Positions 16,931 through 26,048 of a stretch of DNA of 64,000 nucleotides are shown here, in pieces. This stretch comes from a virus. Lineage: Duplodnaviria > Caudoviricetes. The notes beneath the pieces were generated by a model that saw only the letters and a list, made by a program, of their open reading frames with translations, searched no databases and was not told the DNA's origin. Position 1 is the first letter of the stretch; each line of letters opens with the position of its first letter. The position numbers and the translations under genes were made by a program. Location of the stretch: IMG/VR virus record IMGVR_UViG_2923682817_000001, positions 41,522-105,521 of that record; one strand, given 5' to 3'.

Positions 16931-18570
16931 TAGAAAAGCCGCTTCATGCTGTCCGGGTCGTTGCCCGGCTTGATCTTGTTGATGTAGGCCCGGTGCTTCT
17001 TCAGCTCCGTGTCAGTAAGGGTGTCGACATTCTTGCCGTCGTCGCCCCACTTGCGGCCACGCCCGCGGAGGTTCCGCCACACCTCGGAGTCCTTGTCCCT
17101 GGGGGGCAGTACGGGACCATGCAAGGTCTGTCCGAGGACGCGCATCTCGTCGTCAGCAGTGGCGGGCCTGGAGAGGTTCCACTTGACCGTTTCCCGGCCG
17201 TGTACGTCCGTGCCGTTGTACTCGGCGCTGATGAGATCCGGGTGATTGGCGAACTTCTCCGAGACCTTGCGCACGGCCGCCGCGGTGTCCTTGGACACAG
17301 GGATCTTCCGGACGGACTTCCACTGGTCGATGGAGGAACGGTCGGAAAGGTCGGCGAGCTGCGTCGGCTGCTGCGCCGGGGCAGCTGCAGTCGCGGCGGC
17401 GGCGGCCGGCTTCTTGGTGCGCCGCTTGCGTGCGGGCTTAGCAGCCGGCGCGGCGGCCGGCGCCGGGGCCGAGGCGGTCAGTGAAGGCTTCGCCGCGGGC
17501 GCCTCGATGGCGGCCAGGGTGCTCGGAGCCGCGGGCGAAGAGGTGGGGGCCGGCGAGCTGGTCGGCGCGGCGTACGGATTACGCAGCACGGACCCGCGGA
17601 CGACGGTGGGCGGCGCAGCGGCGGCAGGCGTCGCGACGGGCCGGGGTTTCGGTGTCGCCGAGCCGCGCAGGGTCGGGGTGAACTGCGGTCCGGTCAGCGG
17701 TCCGTGCATACCAACGGCTTCGCGCGATGCGGGGTGTGCCGCCAGCGGGTTTCGGCGCGTCGCCGATTCCGGGGCGCCGTAGGGGTTCGGGCCGGCCTTG
17801 CGCGCGGCGGGTGCCGCGGTGGTGGGCGTCGGCGCGTACGGGTTGCGGCCGGCCTTGGACGCGGGGGTGGTGGACCTCTGGGTGAAGTCGGCCGGGCGGC
17901 TGATCTGCGCCATGGCCTGCTGACGGGCGGCTGCCAGGCGGTCGTAGGAGCCGCTGAGGTGCGCGCCGGCCGCGGTGCCCTGCAGCGACTGCGGAGTCCC
18001 GTGAATGCTCTGTCGGGCGTTGCTGATCGTCTGCTGGAGGCGAGCCTGGCCCTGGTCGGCGATCTCCTGCCAGCTGCGGTTAGGCGTCGGGGCCGATGCG
18101 CTGGGGCGCGCGGATACGAACGAGTTGCCGTCGTTGCCAACGCGGTGGGAGGAAGAGGCCACCAGCTTGTCAGGGCGCGCGGCCGGCCTACTGGGAGCTG
18201 CGGGAGAGGCTGCGGGGCCGCGGGCTACGAGCTGGTCAGGGCGGACGTTACGGGGGGCGCTGGTGAACTGGGCTCCAAGGTGCGGCGCCGGGGCGGGCTG
18301 CGGCCTGTCGTACTTCGACAGGTCCGCCGTCGACCTGGCCGGCAGGGTGTGGGAGTCGATGTCTCCGGGCGCGGCCGGCGGGCCGTTCTTCGGCTTGGGC
18401 GAGGCCTCGGGGGTTCGGCCGGGCTTGGCGCCGGGCTTGGCGGTGACGCGCTTGCGGTCGATGTAGGCGGCGCGGCGCTCGGCGTAGGGGTTCTTCAGCT
18501 GCCCGATGCCCTGGGAGACCCGTAGGCGCTGCTCGTGGTTGATGTTGTGGAGGGCGTTGAAGTCGATCAT
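16930..18570 (-). CDS. Pro/Ala/Arg-rich, largely disordered protein (start MIDFNAL) with NPY repeats
   Basis: ATG overlaps the upstream stop; low-complexity composition. Confidence 0.7.
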   Translation of the reverse strand: MIDFNALHNINHEQRLRVSQGIGQLKNPYAERRAAYIDRKRVTAKPGAKPGRTPEASPKPKNGPPAAPGDIDSHTLPARSTADLSKYDRPQPAPAPHLGAQFTSAPRNVRPDQLVARGPAASPAAPSRPAARPDKLVASSSHRVGNDGNSFVSARPSASAPTPNRSWQEIADQGQARLQQTISNARQSIHGTPQSLQGTAAGAHLSGSYDRLAAARQQAMAQISRPADFTQRSTTPASKAGRNPYAPTPTTAAPAARKAGPNPYGAPESATRRNPLAAHPASREAVGMHGPLTGPQFTPTLRGSATPKPRPVATPAAAAPPTVVRGSVLRNPYAAPTSSPAPTSSPAAPSTLAAIEAPAAKPSLTASAPAPAAAPAAKPARKRRTKKPAAAAATAAAPAQQPTQLADLSDRSSIDQWKSVRKIPVSKDTAAAVRKVSEKFANHPDLISAEYNGTDVHGRETVKWNLSRPATADDEMRVLGQTLHGPVLPPRDKDSEVWRNLRGRGRKWGDDGKNVDTLTDTELKKHRAYINKIKPGNDPDSMKRLF

Positions 18571-19046
18571 GGATTCTCCAGGGGGCGGTGCGCTGCCCGA
18601 AGGGCTCGGGTGCGGTCGAGCTCGGAAACCATCTGGTCCCAGGGGGTGACGTGCTTGTCGTAGTCGGGCCGAAATTCCGGCCGGGAGAACGGGGCGTCCA
18701 CGTAGTGGAGGCAGGCGACACCCATGTGGGAGATGACGGCGACGACGCCGGGGTCTGGGTCGACCAGCAGGTCCACGGTGGCGCCCATGCCGCGCAGCCG
18801 TTCGATCTGGCGCAGCCGTCGAATGGCGTTGTCGCTGGGGTCTTCTGGCCGCCGCTCGACCAGCACCTGGTGCTTGGTGTAGCCGTTGATGCCCAGCCAC
18901 ATGTCGTCCAGGGGCGAGTCAGCGATGACGGCCAGCCGGTAGATCTCGGACAGCCCGTGGTAGAGGGCGCGGCCGACGGGGATGGTGCCATCGGTGGACT
19001 CGTCGCGCAGGACTCCGTCCAGGGTGATGACGGCTAGCGTGCTCAT
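18567..19046 (-). CDS. HAD-superfamily-like protein with degenerate motif I
   Basis: ITLDGVL (DxDGVL-like); LLVDPDP resembles motif IV. Confidence 0.5.
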   Translation of the reverse strand: MSTLAVITLDGVLRDESTDGTIPVGRALYHGLSEIYRLAVIADSPLDDMWLGINGYTKHQVLVERRPEDPSDNAIRRLRQIERLRGMGATVDLLVDPDPGVVAVISHMGVACLHYVDAPFSRPEFRPDYDKHVTPWDQMVSELDRTRALRAAHRPLENP

Positions 19047-20047
19047 CGGACCCCCCGGGCGCTGGTCCAACTCAGGGCCTCGCGTAAGGCCGTTTTGTGG
19101 TCGGCGATCGATTGGCCGTACAGGCCGAGCTCAGCGGCCTTGTGGGCGCTTCTGGCCACCGCGGCGGCCTCGGCCAGGGCCGGCCCCACGCCGTTAGCCT
19201 TGAAGGCCTGCCACCGGAAATTGGCGTAGTCGCCGTAGCCGGATCCGCCGGGGCCGAAGGCTGCTTTGCGGCCCAAGTGGATGTCGTCGAACAGGGCCGC
19301 GGCCTGGGCGGCGGCCAACCGCAGCTCGGTGGACGCGTTGGTTTCGCCCGGGGATCCAGGGAGGGCGCCGGCCAGGCGTGCGTGTGCGTTGTTGAAGCGG
19401 GCCAGGATTTCGCGGGCGACGTCGGCCTGGCGGTCGATCTGCTGCCACCACTCGCGCGGGTACAGCGAGCGCGGGTTGGCCGGCAGCTGAGGCGGTCGGA
19501 TGGTCCAGGCACCCGCGGTGAGGTCATAGGCGGCGTAGGGGTTGATGTTGCGCACCCCGCCGAGGTCGGCCGAACACGCGGGGTTCCAGAAGAACGTCAG
19601 CTCGAAGGTCTTGCTGGCGAAGGTGGTCGACGCCGTGGCGGGCCACAGCGCTGTTTTGAGCTCGCCGTTGATGTGGTCGGCCAGCTCGGCGTCGGTGTAG
19701 GCGCCGTAGCCTGGGTTGTGCTGGCGGAACACGGCCGCGGTGATGCCGACCATGACGTCCAGGTCGCCGTTTCCGCGGTCTCCGGACCACTGGTAGGAAA
19801 TCCCGGAGCCGGCCAGCCACAGACGCGACCAGGCGCTCTGGGAGTTGTAGCGTCCGCTCCAGAATCGGGAGATTTCCCCGATGATGTGGGCGCGGATTTC
19901 CGGCTTCAGGTGCTCGCCGGCGAACAGGGACGGATCAAGATCCGAATCCGGGGACGCGAAATAGCCGCTGTGGCCTGGTTCCGGGATGATTTCCGGTGTG
20001 ACCTTCACAGCATGCCTTAAATAAAATGCATCGGATTCATAGCCCAT
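19043..20047 (-). CDS. Pol-beta superfamily nucleotidyltransferase
   Basis: LAGSGISYQW..GDLDVMV (GS..DxD); AAYDL..W. Confidence 0.65.
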   Translation of the reverse strand: MGYESDAFYLRHAVKVTPEIIPEPGHSGYFASPDSDLDPSLFAGEHLKPEIRAHIIGEISRFWSGRYNSQSAWSRLWLAGSGISYQWSGDRGNGDLDVMVGITAAVFRQHNPGYGAYTDAELADHINGELKTALWPATASTTFASKTFELTFFWNPACSADLGGVRNINPYAAYDLTAGAWTIRPPQLPANPRSLYPREWWQQIDRQADVAREILARFNNAHARLAGALPGSPGETNASTELRLAAAQAAALFDDIHLGRKAAFGPGGSGYGDYANFRWQAFKANGVGPALAEAAAVARSAHKAAELGLYGQSIADHKTALREALSWTSARGVR

Positions 20048-20053
20048 GGTCCG

Positions 20054-20085
20054 ATTCTAGTTTCGTGTGTTCTTTTTAAGTTAAA
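20054..20085 (-). promoter_or_regulatory. Promoter with TAGAAT -10 six nt before the ATG (leaderless start)
   Basis: TTTAAC..aaaaag..TAGAATcggaccATG. Confidence 0.6.
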
Positions 20086-20089
20086 TGCG

Positions 20090-20121
20090 AAAAGCCCCCA
20101 CAAGTTACTGTGGAGGCTTTT
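20090..20121. terminator. Intrinsic terminator
   Basis: aaaagcccccacaag..tgtggaggctttt. Confidence 0.75.
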
Positions 20122-20133
20122 CTAGTTGGGTTA

Positions 20134-20487
20134 TTAGGCGTGCGGCTTGATGCGGTTCATGATGGCGGCGTTGGCGGCCTGTTCCTGAACGAGGCGGGCG
20201 GCCTCGCGCATCCTGCGCTCAACCTCAATGGCGGTCTTCTGGGCCTGAATGTCGGAGCGCACGGCCGCGCAGCCGGCGTCCATCTCGTCGGGGTGGGCGA
20301 TCTTGTCGATGCTGAGCTTGTCGCTGATCAGGCTGATGTCGTTGTGGGCGACCCACTGGCCGTCGTAGTCCTGGAAAAGGACGAACGCGACACGGACCGG
20401 CAGTCCGGGCGTCTTCTCCGGCGTGGGCTCGTCGCCGGCGGGGGCTGCGGGGGGCTGGCCAAGGGCGGCTGCGCCGGAACCGTTCAC
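20134..20487 (-). CDS. Hypothetical protein
   Basis: Coupled ORF. Confidence 0.7.
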   Translation of the reverse strand: MNGSGAAALGQPPAAPAGDEPTPEKTPGLPVRVAFVLFQDYDGQWVAHNDISLISDKLSIDKIAHPDEMDAGCAAVRSDIQAQKTAIEVERRMREAARLVQEQAANAAIMNRIKPHA

Positions 20488-20792
20488 TGGGAGGTCTCCT
20501 TGTCGTTGTTCTTGGTGAGGTCGACTTCCAGCGCGTTGATGCCGGACTGGAGCCAGCCTAAAAACTGGTGTCGGGCCTGGTTGTGGCCTCGCAGGAAAGC
20601 GGCCTCGGTGTCGGCCTTGACCTCGGGGGTGGCCAGCACCCGCTCCAGGCGGTCGCGCATCTCGTTAGCGGCGCTCTCGACATCGGCGCGGCGGCGGCGT
20701 TCCAGCGCGACCTCACGCTGGGCGTATTCGAGCTGCTGGCGCGCGGCCTTGAGCTCCCGCTTGAGCGTCTTCTTGGTCCTCTTGTGGTCCAC
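20484..20792 (-). CDS. Hypothetical coiled-coil protein
   Basis: Coupled ORF. Confidence 0.65.
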   Translation of the reverse strand: MDHKRTKKTLKRELKAARQQLEYAQREVALERRRRADVESAANEMRDRLERVLATPEVKADTEAAFLRGHNQARHQFLGWLQSGINALEVDLTKNNDKETSQ

Positions 20793-20795
20793 GGC

Positions 20796-21302
20796 TCAGT
20801 CCTTGAAGCTGTAGTCGCCGCGGCCGGCGCGCATGCGCTGCATCGCGATGGAGAAATACGGGCAGAACTCGCACAAGAACCTGTTGGACTTGACCGGTGA
20901 CAGGCCGAGGTCTTTTCGCTCGGCCTTGGTGTCGGGGATCAGGCGCTTCTTCTCGCTCTTGAAGTCGCCGCAGTTCTTGGTTCTGTTGCGGGATTTCCAG
21001 CAGGTGAAGGCGTCTTCCTTGAAGGTTGCCTTGACCTCGTAAAACTTGTCGCCCAGGCCCTTGCCGGTGCGGGCGTTGATCTGCTCGATGATCATCTGCC
21101 GGGCGTTGGGGTCTTTCCAGTGCTTCTCGGGCACGTCGAACAGGGCGCCGCCGCGGTGGCGGTTTCCGTCGGGGTACTGGTGTCGGGAAGCCAGATAGTC
21201 CAGCAGGTGGTCACCCCGGACGTCCCCCTCATACCAAGGGAGCTCCTCAATGGACTTGCACTCGCCGCACAGCAGTAGCCGCAGCTTGGAATCGTCAGAC
21301 AT
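20796..21302 (-). CDS. Hypothetical Cys-rich (Zn-binding) protein
   Basis: CGEC, C..C, CEFC. Confidence 0.7.
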   Translation of the reverse strand: MSDDSKLRLLLCGECKSIEELPWYEGDVRGDHLLDYLASRHQYPDGNRHRGGALFDVPEKHWKDPNARQMIIEQINARTGKGLGDKFYEVKATFKEDAFTCWKSRNRTKNCGDFKSEKKRLIPDTKAERKDLGLSPVKSNRFLCEFCPYFSIAMQRMRAGRGDYSFKD

Positions 21303-21334
21303 GCGCCAGGTCTTTCTGCAGATCAGGGGGTCAA

Positions 21335-22117
21335 TTAGGAAATCGGAGCGTTCCAGAGCGCTGCCCAGGTGAGCCGGCCCACGGCGCCGTCGACAGACAG
21401 GCGGTGCTCGTCCTGGAAGGCCCGGACCACCTGCGCCGTCTTAGGGCCGTAGCGGCCGTCGACCTCGATGGACCAACCGCGTTCCTTCAGCCGGGCCTGC
21501 AGCCGCCGGACACCGTTGTTGGGCTTGGTCTTGCCGCTGTTACGTGCCTGGGAGAACCAGTCGTCGGGGGCCAGCGGGAACTTCGGTGCGCTGTCGCCGG
21601 CGGCGGGGCGGCCGACGGGCTTGGTGGCCACCGGCGGCGGGATCGGGGCGCCGGCCTTGGCGTACTTGGGGTAGCCGAAGCCGACGAACAGGCTGCGGTC
21701 GCGGTAGCGGATGGCCACCTGGTCGGCGGTGTTGCCCTCGATGGTGACGACCCGACCCCGGGCGTCAGTGCCTAGGACGATGACCACGTGGTCGATCGCG
21801 GAGATGATCTTGGTGCCCGACCAGTCGATGAAGCCGATGGCACCTAGGGTGGGCTTGGCGCCCCAGCGGCCGTTGCGGGCGAACCAGGCGGCGTGGTGGG
21901 GGGTGTATGCGTACTCGCCGACGATGTCGACGGCTTCCTCGCCGCCGGCCTCGTGCGCGCAGTAGACCACGAACATGTCGCACCAGGCGGCCTTGTCGAA
22001 CGCGCTGTTCTTCTGGCGGTCGCCGTACCACTGGCCGAACTTCGTCGCGCCGTTCTTCTCGGCGTAGCCCTCGTAGGACTTGGCTACCCTGATCAGCTGC
22101 TCAGCAGTGAAGCTCAT
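21335..22117 (-). CDS. Endolysin: CHAP amidase + peptidoglycan-binding domain
   Basis: WCDMFV, DHVVIV, IEGNT; VRRLQ.RL..G..VDG.YGPKT..VRAFQ..L.VDG.VG..TW. Confidence 0.9.
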   Translation of the reverse strand: MSFTAEQLIRVAKSYEGYAEKNGATKFGQWYGDRQKNSAFDKAAWCDMFVVYCAHEAGGEEAVDIVGEYAYTPHHAAWFARNGRWGAKPTLGAIGFIDWSGTKIISAIDHVVIVLGTDARGRVVTIEGNTADQVAIRYRDRSLFVGFGYPKYAKAGAPIPPPVATKPVGRPAAGDSAPKFPLAPDDWFSQARNSGKTKPNNGVRRLQARLKERGWSIEVDGRYGPKTAQVVRAFQDEHRLSVDGAVGRLTWAALWNAPIS

Positions 22118-22266
22118 GCCACACCGCCGCTCAGCTCGTCGAAGGTTGGCAGCCCGAGCACCTCGCCGCCCTGCGCGCCGTCGCTATCGCGCACCGGCGC
22201 CATACCAGGGACGTTGACCGGGACCGGGGAGACATACACAGCGGGGGCATACTCGTACTCGCTCAC
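22114..22266 (-). CDS. Small protein (50 aa)
   Basis: Manual translation; GTGA/ATGA coupling at both ends; GGGGAG RBS. Confidence 0.55.
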   Translation of the reverse strand: MSEYEYAPAVYVSPVPVNVPGMAPVRDSDGAQGGEVLGLPTFDELSGGVA

Positions 22267-22433
22267 GCCAGACTCCCCTTGGTTCCAAGCAGCCCGACCA
22301 TGACGTGGCCCGGGTAGGTGTTGGAGGGGGAGGCGTCCGGGCCGCTGCGGTCAACGCGGGGCTTGCGGATGGCGCCGTCGGTCATGCCTTCGTGCAGCTC
22401 GTCCTTACAGCTGCGGGGGGTTGCATAAGCCAT
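22263..22433 (-). CDS. Small protein (56 aa, MAYATPRS..)
   Basis: Manual translation; start directly follows the upstream TAA. Confidence 0.55.
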   Translation of the reverse strand: MAYATPRSCKDELHEGMTDGAIRKPRVDRSGPDASPSNTYPGHVMVGLLGTKGSLA

Positions 22434-22595
22434 TTACGCGATCCGCTTTCCGGTACCGTTGGGCTTCCGCCTGTCATTGAAAATGTCAGCCAGCGGAGGC
22501 CCCGCACCGTCGGTGTCCTGGACGGTGAACTTCACGTTGTCGCCAATTCCACCGCGCCGCCGGTCGGTGGCCTTCATCGGCCTCTTCGTGCCCAT
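22434..22595 (-). CDS. Small basic protein (53 aa)
   Basis: Manual translation; GGAGG RBS. Confidence 0.55.
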   Translation of the reverse strand: MGTKRPMKATDRRRGGIGDNVKFTVQDTDGAGPPLADIFNDRRKPNGTGKRIA

Positions 22596-22642
22596 TCAGG
22601 TACCTCCGAGAAATTGGGGGAAATCAACTCACCCCAGGGTAT

Positions 22643-22915
22643 TTAACCCGCGCTGAATCCTGGTAATGCCGTGGCCGAGTAACCAGGCCGCGCAGATAGT
22701 GGGTCGGCATTCGGACCCGGATATCTTTCGTTCACGGAAATAACATCGTCGATGGATAATGCGCCTGTTCGATATCCGAATCGGGGAGCTACTTTCCCGA
22801 TGTTGGGGATCGGTGGCCGTATGGACGCCATCGCCTCAGCGTTGGCGTCCATGAGCTCGGCCAGCCGGTCGGTGACCAGCCGCTCGGGCAGGGACGCCCA
22901 GGGACTTGCAGTCAT
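22643..22915 (-). CDS. Hypothetical protein (MTASPWAS.., 90 aa)
   Basis: GAGGGG RBS. Confidence 0.6.
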   Translation of the reverse strand: MTASPWASLPERLVTDRLAELMDANAEAMASIRPPIPNIGKVAPRFGYRTGALSIDDVISVNERYPGPNADPLSARPGYSATALPGFSAG

Positions 22916-22950
22916 GGGTTTCGTCACCCCTCGGAGGTAGGATTTTCGGC

Positions 22951-23109
22951 ATGAGCGATTCCCTGGACCACGCGGTTGAGCAGCTGATCGACGGCTACCT
23001 GGAGCACGACAGCCCTGGTACGTCGCTGGAGCCCGCCGACATGACCCGCGAAGAATTTCTGGCGGCCGGCGGCGACGAGGACACCGCGGACTTCTACTAC
23101 GGCGAGTAA
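22951..23109 (+). CDS. Small highly acidic protein (52 aa) on the opposite strand
   Basis: GGAGG upstream; GC3-rich codons; fills the gap between minus-strand genes. Confidence 0.55.
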   Translation: MSDSLDHAVEQLIDGYLEHDSPGTSLEPADMTREEFLAAGGDEDTADFYYGE

Positions 23110-23112
23110 GGG

Positions 23113-24672
23113 CTACTCCCCCGGCATGATCGGGTAGGGCTTGGCCTTGCTCGCGTTGACGTTGGTCTTGGTGTTGGGGTTCTCCCGGAACTGCTCGCCC
23201 ATATGCATGCGCGCGTTTTCCCCGAAATGTGCCTGCCACTCCGGAGCCAGTGACCGTTGCCCCTCCGAACCCCAGTCCCGCACGACCGGATACTGGTCGG
23301 CGTGAGAGACGTGTACGTCCGCCCGGCGCATCTGCTGTGACCCCCAGGCCGCGGCCTGGATGGTGTGCACGTTGTCGGCGTGGTCGACTGACCGCGAGAT
23401 TCCGTAGCGCGAGGCCACCTGACGGGTAGCGCGGTCGTTGAGGGCGTGTACGTAGCTCTTTCCCTCACCCAGCATCTGCTCGGGACGGGAAAACCCGGTC
23501 TCCTGGTTCCCCGCGCGGCCCGATGTCTTTCCCTCCTTGACGATCGGCGCGGCCCCCTTGAGCGCGCTCTTGGGCTGGTCGGGGTAGTGGCTGAACGCCT
23601 TACCGTCAGAGCTCGTGTAGCGCAACGACTTACCCGTGGGCAGGCCCGGGGCGATCACCGACGCCTCGTGGATGTCGCTGACCTTGTAGGCGTCGGCGGC
23701 GTCCTTGTCGGCCAGTGCCCCGCGGAACGCTACGGTTTTTGCCGCTTCCTTCGGGTTGCCGAAATGGTGCGTGGACGGGTCGGCGCTGGCCAGAGCATCC
23801 TTCGCTCGGCCGTGGGCCTTGTCGACGTTCTGGATTCGGCCGGCAATGAACTTCGGATCACGCCCCTCCACCGCGGCCACCGTGGACTCCTCGGCCTGCT
23901 CGATGTTGGGCCACCGGCTGCCCTGACGCCACTTGGAGTTCGGCGAGGTGTCGGCCACCGACTGGTTGACCGCCGCACGTGCCACGCTCGCCGCATGATC
24001 ACTCGGAAGGTGCGCGGTCGCGGCCTGAAACTGCGGGTGGTTCAGTACCGATGCGTGCGCCTGCTCCAGCCGGCCGTAGGCGGCCATGACGCCCTCGTTG
24101 TGCGTCTTTTGCAGGTGCCCGGGGATACGCGTGGTCGGGCGCCCGCCGTAGAACAACTGGCTGGACGACTCGTTGACGCCGGCCTGGGTGTGCTCGGCCA
24201 TCACCCGGTCCAGCGCAACCGAATGGGTGCGGTCCAGCGACTTCAGAGGATCCCGGGTGTCGTGGCCGAAATGCTTGAGGGTGGCGGCGCCGTGCTCGTA
24301 CTCGCCCTTGGACAGGTCCTCGGCCCGGCGCTGCACGGTCACCTCGGGGTGCGCAGCGTGGGGAACGTTGATCGCCGAGGTCCCGCGGGCGGCGGCCGTG
24401 TTCGGCATCATACGGTGGCCGCCCATGAGCCAGGAGAAGTGCTCGTCGGCCATGCCTTCAGGCCGGCGATACCCAAGCGGTGCGTCTGCGCTTCCGCCCG
24501 GGGCGACGGCCTCGCGGTGGAGCTTGCGCAGGCTCGCGCCCTCCTTCGCGTCGAACGCCTTGGGCTTGACGTTCGTTGGTCTGGGAAGCTCGCGGTTGGT
24601 CGACTTGGTGTAGGAGTTCGGCGGCTGACCGGTCAACGGGTTACGGTCGTCGGGGGTGGGGGTCTTGGACAT
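23113..24672 (-). CDS. Probable HhH/EndoIII-like DNA glycosylase-fold protein
   Basis: ADTSPNSKW..NI, KTVAF..D..VSDIH, VASRYGI..IQAAAW resemble phage SP..W..N / K..F / TID.H / QA..W proteins. Confidence 0.45.
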   Translation of the reverse strand: MSKTPTPDDRNPLTGQPPNSYTKSTNRELPRPTNVKPKAFDAKEGASLRKLHREAVAPGGSADAPLGYRRPEGMADEHFSWLMGGHRMMPNTAAARGTSAINVPHAAHPEVTVQRRAEDLSKGEYEHGAATLKHFGHDTRDPLKSLDRTHSVALDRVMAEHTQAGVNESSSQLFYGGRPTTRIPGHLQKTHNEGVMAAYGRLEQAHASVLNHPQFQAATAHLPSDHAASVARAAVNQSVADTSPNSKWRQGSRWPNIEQAEESTVAAVEGRDPKFIAGRIQNVDKAHGRAKDALASADPSTHHFGNPKEAAKTVAFRGALADKDAADAYKVSDIHEASVIAPGLPTGKSLRYTSSDGKAFSHYPDQPKSALKGAAPIVKEGKTSGRAGNQETGFSRPEQMLGEGKSYVHALNDRATRQVASRYGISRSVDHADNVHTIQAAAWGSQQMRRADVHVSHADQYPVVRDWGSEGQRSLAPEWQAHFGENARMHMGEQFRENPNTKTNVNASKAKPYPIMPGE

Positions 24673-24675
24673 GTG

Positions 24676-25200
24676 CTACTTCCACGTCGGCAGGTGGCCG
24701 CGCATCTGGGCGGCGAAATTCGGGTCGGTCTCACGCCGGGCCGCGGGGTCGTAGGCCGATACGCCGTACTTGGCGGCCAGCCGGCCGAGCTCCTCGGGGG
24801 AGGTGAACGCGTGCTTGCCTCCGTGGGCCAGGCGCTCGATGTCGGAGCCCTTGGCGGTCCACCGTCGGCCCTGCGCTTGGGCCTGCAGACCGGACTGCGG
24901 GCCGAATTCCTTGGTCCAGAAGTAGTCGCTGGCCTCGGTCTTTTCGCCCTTGTGCACGCCGCGCTGGTAGGAGCGGTCGTTGGTCTTGGTCTTGATGGCG
25001 TCCAGGAGACGGTCTTCGCGGCGGGAGTTGACCGTGCCGAGGTAGCCGTCCGGATACTGGGCGGAAGGAACGCCGGGGACACGGCCGGACCGGCGGGCGT
25101 CCATCAGGTCGCGGAAGCCGGTACCGGCCCCACCCCCGCCGCCGGCGGTGACCGGTGCGCCCGGCTGGTCGACGGGCGGAAGGTAGGACCAGTTAGCCAT
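24676..25200 (-). CDS. Hypothetical protein (174 aa)
   Basis: Coupled ORF. Confidence 0.75.
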   Translation of the reverse strand: MANWSYLPPVDQPGAPVTAGGGGGAGTGFRDLMDARRSGRVPGVPSAQYPDGYLGTVNSRREDRLLDAIKTKTNDRSYQRGVHKGEKTEASDYFWTKEFGPQSGLQAQAQGRRWTAKGSDIERLAHGGKHAFTSPEELGRLAAKYGVSAYDPAARRETDPNFAAQMRGHLPTWK

Positions 25201-25388
25201 CAGTACCCCTGTCGGTGGGGGGCCTGCTCCTGCTGCGGAGCCTGATGGTTGGCCAGGTGGGATACAGCGCCCTCCGCCATGTGCGTTGCCGCGCCGCGCG
25301 CTGCACTGGTGGCGGCCGTACGCAGCAGCGCGCTACCGCCGACGCGCGCCACCGTGCCGAGCGCCGCAGCAATGAGAGGGATAGGCAT
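25200..25388 (-). CDS. Small Ala-rich protein
   Basis: Coupled ORF. Confidence 0.6.
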   Translation of the reverse strand: MPIPLIAAALGTVARVGGSALLRTAATSAARGAATHMAEGAVSHLANHQAPQQEQAPHRQGY

Positions 25389-25702
25389 TACTGCGCCGTC
25401 TGTCCGTACTGCCGCTTGTCCCAGAACTGGCGGTTGCCGGTCGACGGGGGAAGCAGGTACACGTTGCGCCCGGTCGCGGCGGACTCGGGGCTGTTGGGGT
25501 AGGAGTAGCGGACCTGCACGGCGCCCTTGTGGCCGAGCCGCTCCAGGATGTTGCGCCGGGAGCCAGCCAGCGAATCGTTCACCATGGAGTAGGCCTGGCG
25601 CGGGGTCCTCAGACCCTGTGACGCCCTGGACGAGACGTTGGACCAGGTGGTCGCAGCCTCGGTGCCCATCTTCGGAAAATTGGTCGTGGTCTTGTCTGCC
25701 AC
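25388..25702 (-). CDS. Hypothetical protein
   Basis: AAGGAG RBS. Confidence 0.7.
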   Translation of the reverse strand: MADKTTTNFPKMGTEAATTWSNVSSRASQGLRTPRQAYSMVNDSLAGSRRNILERLGHKGAVQVRYSYPNSPESAATGRNVYLLPPSTGNRQFWDKRQYGQTAQ

Positions 25703-25719
25703 GGGGGACTCCTTGCTCG

Positions 25720-26001
25720 TTAGTACGCGCTCAGCCAGGTGCGCCGGTCATAGGTCTCAGCCGAGGAGCCGTTGGGGGTCGGCAGCATCTGGCCGCCGGG
25801 CAGGATGCGGGAGGAGTCCGAGGAGCCATATCCGATAGAGCTTCGAGTAATGGGTTCGAGCACCGAATGGGGCCTGTAGCCACCCGATCCAGTTCCGACC
25901 TGTCGACTGTGGAACAGCGCAGTATTGCGGCGCGCAGAATCGGTGAACGCTGTGGGTCGGTCGCCTCCAGGCATCCTTCCCGCCTTTCCGATGCTCGCCA
26001 T
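25720..26001 (-). CDS. Hypothetical protein
   Basis: ORF following an AT-rich promoter-like tract. Confidence 0.6.
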   Translation of the reverse strand: MASIGKAGRMPGGDRPTAFTDSARRNTALFHSRQVGTGSGGYRPHSVLEPITRSSIGYGSSDSSRILPGGQMLPTPNGSSAETYDRRTWLSAY

Positions 26002-26048
26002 TGGTCTCTATCAGAGTAGGTTTTTCTTGGACGAAAAATGTAATTCCG

